From: Candidatus Saccharimonadota bacterium
GTDB taxonomy: Bacteria > Patescibacteriota > Saccharimonadia > Saccharimonadales > Saccharimonadaceae
Length of the DNA: 32,000 nucleotides
NCBI GenBank assembly: GCA_002421785.1
Contig: DIRZ01000003.1
Span: 340,700 to 372,699 of the forward strand
Direction of reading: 5' to 3'
In this document: piece by piece, positions 17,036 to 23,202 of the stretch
Layout: each line of letters begins with the position of its first letter
Position numbering within the stretch: position 1 is the stretch's first letter
Made by a program: the position numbers and the translations under genes
The notes under the pieces: model-generated
What the model was told of the DNA's origin: nothing
Seen by the model: the letters and a program-made list of their open reading frames with translations, nothing else
Database searches by the model: none

Positions 17036-17085
17036 TTACTACTGACAATCGGCGCGTTATCTGTTACAATTGTACTTGCATTCAT

Positions 17086-17163
17086 GGCGGATGTAGCTCA
17101 GTTGGTTAGAGCGCTGGTTTGTGGAGCCGGAGGTCGTGGGTTCAAGACCCATCATTCGCCCCA
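17086..17163 (+). tRNA. tRNA-His (anticodon GTG) with encoded G-1 and CCA
   Basis: An extra 5' G (17086) sits opposite discriminator C, the His identity element. Acceptor GCGGATG/CATTCGC; anticodon loop TTGTGGA; T-arm GTGGG-TTCAAGA-CCCAT. Confidence 0.9.
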
Positions 17164-17166
17164 AGG

Positions 17167-17200
17167 AAAACACCTATCTCATACAGATAGGTGTTTTCTT
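17167..17200 (+). terminator. Rho-independent terminator after tRNA-His
   Basis: Perfect 13-bp stem AAAACACCTATCT / AGATAGGTGTTTT with a 5-nt loop, followed by a T-rich tail. Confidence 0.75.
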
Positions 17201-17202
17201 GT

Positions 17203-17208
17203 TATAAT
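17203..17208 (+). promoter_or_regulatory. TATAAT 8 nt upstream of the mature 5' end of tRNA-Arg(TCT)
   Basis: TATAAT at 17203-17208; tRNA position 1 at 17217. Confidence 0.5.
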
Positions 17209-17216
17209 AGCTCTAC

Positions 17217-17293
17217 GCCCCGGTAGCTCAGCTGGATAGAGCAGAGGACTTCTAAGCCTAAGGCCGCAGGTTCAAGTCCTGCCCGGGGTACCA
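17217..17293 (+). tRNA. tRNA-Arg (anticodon TCT), CCA encoded
   Basis: Acceptor GCCCCGG/CCGGGGT (G1-U72 wobble); anticodon loop CTTCTAA; T-arm GCAGG-TTCAAGT-CCTGC. The anticodon stem has non-Watson-Crick 27-43 and 31-39 pairs. Confidence 0.85.
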
Positions 17294-17305
17294 TGCTGAA
17301 TACGA

Positions 17306-17337
17306 AAAACCGCCCAGGAGAGCGGTTTTATTTTTTC
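17306..17337. terminator. Hairpin terminator between tRNA-Arg(TCT) and the convergent gene 17354-18169
   Basis: Stem AAAACCGC (17306-17313) / GCGGTTTT (17322-17329) followed by a T-run. A-rich on the other side, so it could act in both directions. Confidence 0.7.
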
Positions 17338-17353
17338 TATACGTCGGAGACTA

Positions 17354-18169
17354 CTACCGACAAGATACGTCGTAATCCAGGCCTTTAGAAACGTACTGCG
17401 TAAGCGCGACCGTACCGCCAGGAGTCAATGGCGCGTCCTTACAGTTTGCTTCGGCACCACGCTTTGTGAGTGCGCCAGCCAACCAAGAATCAAGATTATA
17501 TAAGCTGCTTGATTCACCGACAGTCCCAACAATCGTCCGCCACTGATAAGCAGTAGAGTACAGCCCAACAGTCGCTCCAATTGATTTGAAGTAATCTGTC
17601 ATGCCTTCTAGGCTTGCGACATTTGCCAGCAAGTCCGTCGAAGACCAAGTGTTTCCGGTTTCGACATCAAGCCACCACTGGTAGCCCGATGGATTTGGGA
17701 CATTACGGATTGTCGCATCTTCGTGTGCACGAGTCCAGCCGTAAATGTATGCGCATGCCGCCCCTTCGCTCCCATCACATACTCCGTACTTCGACACAAC
17801 CTCTTGTCCGTTTACGACGTTATCCTGTGGCCAGACTTTTGCGGCGTGGCCAGGGTTGGCAGTATTCACATAGAGCGATACCGCAGGTTGACTAGTAATG
17901 CCGGTGCTCTTTTGAGCCCAGGCAAGTTGCTCTAGGAAACAAGGGTTATTGGTGTTTGCCAAGCCGCCGTTCACGCCAACTATGCCAAACGCTTGCCCTA
18001 CTGGCAATCGCCCGCCACACTGTGGGTAGGACACATCGTTCCCCACCAGTATTACATCGTTTTTAGGCTGGCCACTCGGCGCCGTTGGTTTTGCGGCATG
18101 GACCGCCGGGGCTTGAGCAACAAGCAGTACCGAGCCCAACAAAAGTGATATGATAAATAATTTCTTCAT
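17354..18169 (-). CDS. Secreted protein (271 aa); tentatively a glycoside-hydrolase-like (GH25/DUF1906-type TIM barrel) cell-wall hydrolase
   Basis: Clear signal peptide MKKLFIISLLLGSVLLVAQAPAVHA. Motifs GNDVSYPQCG, FGIVGVNGG and WWLDVETGNTW recall actinobacterial lysozyme-like proteins. The coding call is confident; the functional call is tentative. Confidence 0.7.
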   Translation of the reverse strand: MKKLFIISLLLGSVLLVAQAPAVHAAKPTAPSGQPKNDVILVGNDVSYPQCGGRLPVGQAFGIVGVNGGLANTNNPCFLEQLAWAQKSTGITSQPAVSLYVNTANPGHAAKVWPQDNVVNGQEVVSKYGVCDGSEGAACAYIYGWTRAHEDATIRNVPNPSGYQWWLDVETGNTWSSTDLLANVASLEGMTDYFKSIGATVGLYSTAYQWRTIVGTVGESSSLYNLDSWLAGALTKRGAEANCKDAPLTPGGTVALTQYVSKGLDYDVSCR

Positions 18170-18175
18170 ATATCC

Positions 18176-18181
18176 ATTATA
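18176..18181 (-). promoter_or_regulatory. TATAAT (minus strand) 6 nt upstream of ATG 18169
   Basis: The minus strand reads CTATAGTATAATGGATAT-ATG. Confidence 0.5.
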
Positions 18182-18261
18182 CTATAGCCCCTCAACCGCT
18201 TGCGCTCAGTAACAACAACTGAGCCACGACGGTACATTGCGTATATCATGCATAAAGTTTA

Positions 18262-18270
18262 TGCTATAAA
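18262..18270 (+). promoter_or_regulatory. Extended -10 TGcTATAAA 6 nt upstream of ATG 18277
   Basis: Read directly from the sequence; no Shine-Dalgarno between the box and the ATG. Confidence 0.5.
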
Positions 18271-18276
18271 GAGATT

Positions 18277-18804
18277 ATGAAGGCACACGTACAAACAAAT
18301 AAATGCCGCCGCATCCAAGCTTTTACAATAGTCGAGCTACTCGTTGTTATCGTCGTCATAGCAATTCTCGCCGCCATCACAATCGTGGCATTCAACGGCA
18401 TTCAGCAAAGGGCACGCGACCAACGCATGGTTTCGGCTGCGTCACAAGTCTATAAGGCAATATCACTCTACGTCACCGACAAAGGAGCCTACCCTACGGC
18501 CAGCATTTCGTGCGTGGGGATAGGCTACCCTGTTGACGCCGCTGGCCTTTGTTATAGCGGGCGCTCAAACCTGGAAGCGAACACTAATTTGTCGACATAC
18601 ATTAGTTCGATGCCCAGCCCTCCTATGGAACAGCTATCGTTTAGCGCTCGTGGAATGCTCATCAATACCACAGCAACCCCCAAAGTCCTCGAATATACGA
18701 TTATTGGCGGCAGCACCTGCCCAAGTATAGGCGCGCCCCAGAGCACAACATCAGTAGATACCAACGGCGATCTGTGGTGTCGAGCAATCCTACCCTCACT
18801 TTAG
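18277..18804 (+). CDS. Type IV pilin-like protein (175 aa) with Ala at -1 of the prepilin site
   Basis: Motif RRIQA|FTIVELLVVIVVIAILAAITIVAFNGIQQRA. The mature N-terminus is very similar to that of the pilin at 7521. Confidence 0.85.
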   Translation: MKAHVQTNKCRRIQAFTIVELLVVIVVIAILAAITIVAFNGIQQRARDQRMVSAASQVYKAISLYVTDKGAYPTASISCVGIGYPVDAAGLCYSGRSNLEANTNLSTYISSMPSPPMEQLSFSARGMLINTTATPKVLEYTIIGGSTCPSIGAPQSTTSVDTNGDLWCRAILPSL

Positions 18805-18917
18805 GCACGTACAGAGTGAACCAACCTTAAACCCCTCACTCTAGGCTGCACATCATGGCGACACTCAAATACTACCTCGGGGTCGTCATATTACACCAAT
18901 TATGATACATTGAGGTT

Positions 18918-19505
18918 ATGGCTAAAAAGAAATCATCATCAAAGCACATTAGCACGAATAATACCCATATCATGCTAAAAAAAGGCATTGTTATCTACGC
19001 ACTGCTTGTATTTATTATGTTTGTCTTGGTATCGGTGACGTGGTTCACTGTCCATCAGTTTATTGCGTCACGGGCCATCAACGACCGACATGCGCAAATA
19101 GTAAACATCTACGATAGTTTGAAGCTCGACGGCTCATACCGAGTAGCTAAATTTGACGTATTCGGCGATAAGCGCGTGTATAGCTGGGACCACAGCCGAA
19201 CCTATGCGTCGAGTGTCGAGTATGGACATAATGATACGCCACAAAATACCGCCGCAGACCTAAAGGCCAAGATCGAAGCGGCCGGCTTTACGCCTGCGGG
19301 CACGGCATACGAAGGTTCGACCAACCCACAGTATTACTACTTGAACAGCAAGGGTAACTATATACGGGTTACCGTGACAAGTGCATTTGTCCAAAATTCA
19401 ATTACCTATGGAACATTCAGCAACGATGATCCAATGATTAATCACAAAGACGAGGCACCGACGTACGTGACAATCAAAGTAAATCTTGACGATAACAACG
19501 AGTAG
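18918..19505 (+). CDS. Membrane-anchored hypothetical protein (195 aa)
   Basis: Lys-rich N-terminal tail, one TM helix (IVIYALLVFIMFVLVSVTWFTV), then a ~140-aa extracytoplasmic domain. Extended -10 TGaTACATT lies 6 nt before the ATG. Confidence 0.65.
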   Translation: MAKKKSSSKHISTNNTHIMLKKGIVIYALLVFIMFVLVSVTWFTVHQFIASRAINDRHAQIVNIYDSLKLDGSYRVAKFDVFGDKRVYSWDHSRTYASSVEYGHNDTPQNTAADLKAKIEAAGFTPAGTAYEGSTNPQYYYLNSKGNYIRVTVTSAFVQNSITYGTFSNDDPMINHKDEAPTYVTIKVNLDDNNE

Positions 19506-19523
19506 CGCTGGCGGCCACGAAAC

Positions 19524-19555
19524 AAAATACAGACCGTCGCTGGTCTGTATTTTTT
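19524..19555. terminator. Bidirectional rho-independent terminator
   Basis: Perfect 12-bp stem AAAATACAGACC (19524-19535) / GGTCTGTATTTT (19542-19553) with T-runs on both strands. It lies between convergent genes 18918-19505 (+) and 19560-19646 (-). Confidence 0.8.
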
Positions 19556-19559
19556 GTGG

Positions 19560-19646
19560 TTACGCTCGCTTCTTTTTAGCAGCTTTTAGCTTCTGCTTCA
19601 GCTTGCGCTTGATGTCGGCGCCATGCCAATTTTTGTGCTTTGCCAT
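19560..19646 (-). CDS. Unannotated 28-aa lysine-rich small ORF, last gene of the peptidase/ATP-grasp operon
   Basis: Translates MAKHKNWHGADIKRKLKQKLKAAKKKRA. It lies 45 nt downstream of the ATP-grasp stop on the same strand and is followed directly by the terminator hairpin. There is no convincing Shine-Dalgarno. Confidence 0.4.
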   Translation of the reverse strand: MAKHKNWHGADIKRKLKQKLKAAKKKRA

Positions 19647-19691
19647 TTCTGTCCATTCGTTAAGTATTCAGTCGTTTATTTTAACACATTT

Positions 19692-20486
19692 TTACGAGAC
19701 TGGGAACATACCCTGGACAATCGCTCTATACACTTGGCTTGCGCGCTCGTAATTATCTGCGGAACGACGAGCATAGTGCTCCATCATGATACCCGAATTA
19801 ACTTCGAGCACCCTCTGTTCACCAGACTCAAGCGTGACGATATCGACAGCAGCAAGGCGCAAACCACAGGCGCGCGCACCCTGAACTGCGAGTTCCCGCT
19901 CTCGTTGTGTCGCCGGCTCATCAACCGGAATCGCGCCACGCCCGAGATTATAAAACACCATATCGCCCGTTCGGGACGGAGCCTGTTTTACATAGCTACA
20001 CAAAATATTACCATCTAGAACGATGCAACGCTTTTCCAGAATAATTGTCAGGTATGGCGAAACCGCCCACTCACCCTGCTGGTCACGAATTACTTCTATC
20101 GCGTCGCTCAGTGAAGGGTGCTTCAGAATCCCATAGCCACTAGTACCGTAAAGAGGTTTCATGACATACTCGGCCTCATTCGATAGTAGTGAAATGTCAG
20201 CAAAAGGCACCTTTTGCGAGCCGGTTGACTTTACAAGATAGTGTGCGACCGCCGGGACTCCTGCGGCGCTAAGTGCTAGATATGCCGCAACCTTGTCCTT
20301 TGCGATGAGACTTGCCGCTGCCGCGTTTATGTCAAAGTGATAACCGATTACCCACTGGCTGTCATCATTCTTTTTTAGCCGTAACATCCAGTCGGCCGAA
20401 AAGGACACGCACTCGACCCCAAGCATCTTACACTGTTCCGCGACCAGTTTAGGAAGTAGCCGCTGCTGAATATATTCCCCCTCCAC
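19692..20486 (-). CDS. Small ATP-grasp family ligase (RimK-like, 264 aa)
   Basis: Nucleotide-binding motif YVMKPLYGTSGYGI and the Mg/ATP motif AAVDIV...RVLEVNSG. The GTG start lies 2 nt after the stop of the upstream peptidase gene. Confidence 0.85.
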   Translation of the reverse strand: MEGEYIQQRLLPKLVAEQCKMLGVECVSFSADWMLRLKKNDDSQWVIGYHFDINAAAASLIAKDKVAAYLALSAAGVPAVAHYLVKSTGSQKVPFADISLLSNEAEYVMKPLYGTSGYGILKHPSLSDAIEVIRDQQGEWAVSPYLTIILEKRCIVLDGNILCSYVKQAPSRTGDMVFYNLGRGAIPVDEPATQRERELAVQGARACGLRLAAVDIVTLESGEQRVLEVNSGIMMEHYARRSADNYERASQVYRAIVQGMFPVS

Positions 20487-20488
20487 GC

Positions 20489-21334
20489 CTAGCTACCTAG
20501 GTCGACACATTGGCTTGGCTGACCTGTCTGATACCCACGGGTAAACGCATTTACTCGCTGCTCACTGCTTCCATGCGTCCATGTTTCTGGATTCGTGGTA
20601 CCCGTTTCTGTACGCTGCACATGGTCATCACCAACCGCTGCGGCCGCGCTTAACGCTTGATTAATTTCTCCATTTTCAAAAATACCATTCCGAGCCTGAG
20701 TATACGCCCATACGCCAGCGTAACAATCAGCCTGTAGCTCCAACGCAACCATACCCTCTTGAGTCTGTGCGTTTGGCGAATTAAAGACGCCGAGCTGGCT
20801 CTGAACGTTATGCCCCACCTCGTGGGCGATTACGTATGCCTGAGCAACCTCGCCCGTATCACCGCCAAACCGATTCTTCAGCTCATCGAAAAATGTTTCA
20901 TCCAGATAGATCGTGCCGTCTTCCGGGCAAAAATGCGGACCGACCTTCGTCGTAGCTACGCCACAACCAGATCGCGTGGCTTGACGGAACAGGACAAGGC
21001 GAGGCTGTTGATACGTAAGATTATTCCGTGCGAAAACATCATTCCATACCTCATTTGTACTGCCCAGCACTTTAGTCGTGAAAACTTCATAGCTATCTTC
21101 ACCCCGAAACTCCGCAGGCTGTTCCGCCTGCTGCGCAGTCCCCGGGCTGAGCGTTTGGAAGGTACTTAAAATATCCTGGACCGTTGACTGCGGGACATTG
21201 AGACCCAGGAAATTCAGTCCGATCGTAATCAGCAGCGCTATCAGTCCCCCGCCACCCGCTAGAGCAACAGCGGGCCCGGTACCGCGCCTGTCTTCAACAT
21301 CACCACTTGTTTTAATATCATCCCAATTCGCCAT
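20489..21334 (-). CDS. YpfJ-family neutral zinc metallopeptidase with N-terminal TM helix
   Basis: N-terminus ...GDVEDRRG, a TM segment, and the zincin motif AYVIAHEVGHNVQ. Shine-Dalgarno GAGGAG lies 9 nt upstream. Confidence 0.9.
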   Translation of the reverse strand: MANWDDIKTSGDVEDRRGTGPAVALAGGGGLIALLITIGLNFLGLNVPQSTVQDILSTFQTLSPGTAQQAEQPAEFRGEDSYEVFTTKVLGSTNEVWNDVFARNNLTYQQPRLVLFRQATRSGCGVATTKVGPHFCPEDGTIYLDETFFDELKNRFGGDTGEVAQAYVIAHEVGHNVQSQLGVFNSPNAQTQEGMVALELQADCYAGVWAYTQARNGIFENGEINQALSAAAAVGDDHVQRTETGTTNPETWTHGSSEQRVNAFTRGYQTGQPSQCVDLGS

Positions 21335-21362
21335 GACGTATCACTCCTCATTGTGTAGTGAT

Positions 21363-21368
21363 ATTATA
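21363..21368 (-). promoter_or_regulatory. TATAAT (minus strand) overlapping the stop codon of the upstream ATPase gene; candidate promoter of the peptidase/ATP-grasp/sORF operon
   Basis: The minus strand reads AGTATAATATCACTACACAATGAGGAGTGATACGTC-ATG. Confidence 0.4.
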
Positions 21369-23202
21369 CTATTTTTGTCTGTGCGCCGCTATGTGCTCGC
21401 AGCGCATTGGCAATTACAATAACATCCACTAGCTCTTGAGTTAGCGCACCCACCACTGCAGGAATCAGGCCAAAAGCGGCAATAATCATCAACGCAATAC
21501 TAATACCAATACCGAGCAGCACGCTCTGCCGCGCGACACGGATCGTTCGCTGTGCGATGTTTACCGCCAGAGCTACACGTGAAATTGAATCGAGCATAAT
21601 CACGACGTCAGCCGATTCACTTGCTGCGGTCGAGCCGCGCGCGCCCATCGCCACACCAACATCACTTGCAGCGAGCACGGGAGCATCGTTCACTCCATCA
21701 CCTACCATCATAACCGGGCGAATAGAGAAGTCGCGGACGATTTCTAGTTTGTCTTTTGGCAGACATTCGGCATGAATGTCAGTAATGCCTACCTGCCGCG
21801 CAATCTGAGCAGCCGTACTTGCATGATCACCTGTCAACATCACGAACCGCCGCACGCCAAGCCGCCGCAGGTCGGCTAATGTCTTCTTGCTATCAGTACG
21901 CACCACATCGGCATAACTTATGCAGCCTACATATTTTTTGCTTTGCGCGACATAAGTCGCCGTGTGATGATGCGCAGGAATACTGGCCGCAGGCACACCA
22001 TTCTTTATCAGGAATTCTCGCTTACCGGCAATCGTTATGCGCCTCGCAATTGTCCCTTTCACGCCCCCACCCGCAATTTCAGTGACCTTAGTGGCCGGCA
22101 ATAGGTCGACATTCCGTCTGTTTGCCTCGCGTTGCAAAGCTAACGCCGTGACGTGCCCGGAATGCTGCTCAAGGCTCGCTGCAAGCGTGAGGAGTGTTAG
22201 CTCATCTACACCTTTCGCCGGCAGCAGTTCATCAAACGCCAATTCCCCTTGCGTGAGCGTGCCAGTTTTGTCAAATGCCGCCGTCCGCACAATCGCCAAT
22301 TTCTCAAGAACGCCCCCATTTTTAATAATAATTCCATGTTTTGCTGCACGGCTCATGCCACTAATCATTGCGACAGGTGCCGCAATCAAAAGTGGGCACG
22401 GCGTCGCCACTACTAGTACTTCGGCGAAGCGCCGTGGGTCGCCACTCACCCACCATGCTATCCCGCCGATCGCCAGCGCCACAGCGGTGAATGGCACTGC
22501 ATACCTATCTGCCATCCGCACAAATGGCGCACGCGAGTCACCAGCTGCCTGAACGAGCTCGATAATTTGCGCGTACTGACTATCTCTAGCAATCCTGAGC
22601 GTACGCAGAACGAGGGGCGACTCCCCGTTCACCGCACCACTAAGCACCTCTTGCCCTATGTGTACGTCCACGGGTTCGCTTTCGCCCGTAATCGAGGACT
22701 CGTCAAGCGAAGAATCGCCCATAACAATTTCAGCATCTACCGGAATCACTTCGCCTGGCCGCACAACAATTAAGTCTCCGTTTTTTACCTCGTGAATCGG
22801 TATATCTCGTAAACTACCGTCAATCATTTGTTTGTGAGCATAACGGGGCGCCCGTGCTAGCAATGCGGATAGTTCCGCCTTTGCCCGGGCCTGCGCAAAT
22901 GATTCAAGCGCTTCACCGCCTACCATCATAATGACAATAATAATCGTTGCCCAGTACTCACCGACAACGAGTGTACTCACAATCGCGATCACTGCAAGAA
23001 TATCAACACCGTATTCACCCCGCCACATGTTACGAATCATCCCCGCTAGTAATATTGCCGCCACCAACACGCTAAATGCCACAATGAGCGCTTGTGCATA
23101 CCCTGGTTTTCCCACAAGGGCCAAGATTCCCGCCGCAAGTAATACATCGACTGCAATCACAAGGCGATACTGACTCATTAGTAAGCGGTAAACGCTACGC
23201 AT
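21364..23202 (-). CDS. P1B-type (heavy-metal) cation-translocating P-type ATPase without N-terminal metal-binding domain
   Basis: Motifs DKTGTLT (phosphorylation site), TGES, ATPCPL in the transmembrane region and VGDGVNDAP (hinge). The N-terminus goes straight into TM helices with no CxxC. The ATG overlaps the upstream gene stop by 8 nt. Confidence 0.9.
   Translation of the reverse strand: MRSVYRLLMSQYRLVIAVDVLLAAGILALVGKPGYAQALIVAFSVLVAAILLAGMIRNMWRGEYGVDILAVIAIVSTLVVGEYWATIIIVIMMVGGEALESFAQARAKAELSALLARAPRYAHKQMIDGSLRDIPIHEVKNGDLIVVRPGEVIPVDAEIVMGDSSLDESSITGESEPVDVHIGQEVLSGAVNGESPLVLRTLRIARDSQYAQIIELVQAAGDSRAPFVRMADRYAVPFTAVALAIGGIAWWVSGDPRRFAEVLVVATPCPLLIAAPVAMISGMSRAAKHGIIIKNGGVLEKLAIVRTAAFDKTGTLTQGELAFDELLPAKGVDELTLLTLAASLEQHSGHVTALALQREANRRNVDLLPATKVTEIAGGGVKGTIARRITIAGKREFLIKNGVPAASIPAHHHTATYVAQSKKYVGCISYADVVRTDSKKTLADLRRLGVRRFVMLTGDHASTAAQIARQVGITDIHAECLPKDKLEIVRDFSIRPVMMVGDGVNDAPVLAASDVGVAMGARGSTAASESADVVIMLDSISRVALAVNIAQRTIRVARQSVLLGIGISIALMIIAAFGLIPAVVGALTQELVDVIVIANALRAHSGAQTKIV

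Noticed and set aside
16623-17085. Search for RNase P RNA, tmRNA or SRP RNA between the tRNA genes
   Set aside because: I saw no GAGGAAAGTCC-type P4 motif, no tRNA-Ala-like tmRNA ends and no GGAAGCAGCC-type SRP domain IV motif on either strand. An unrecognised ncRNA cannot be excluded without covariance-model searches.
19623-20018. 131-aa plus-strand ORF
   Set aside because: It lies antisense to the ATP-grasp gene and to the small Lys-rich ORF, and has no motif or start context.
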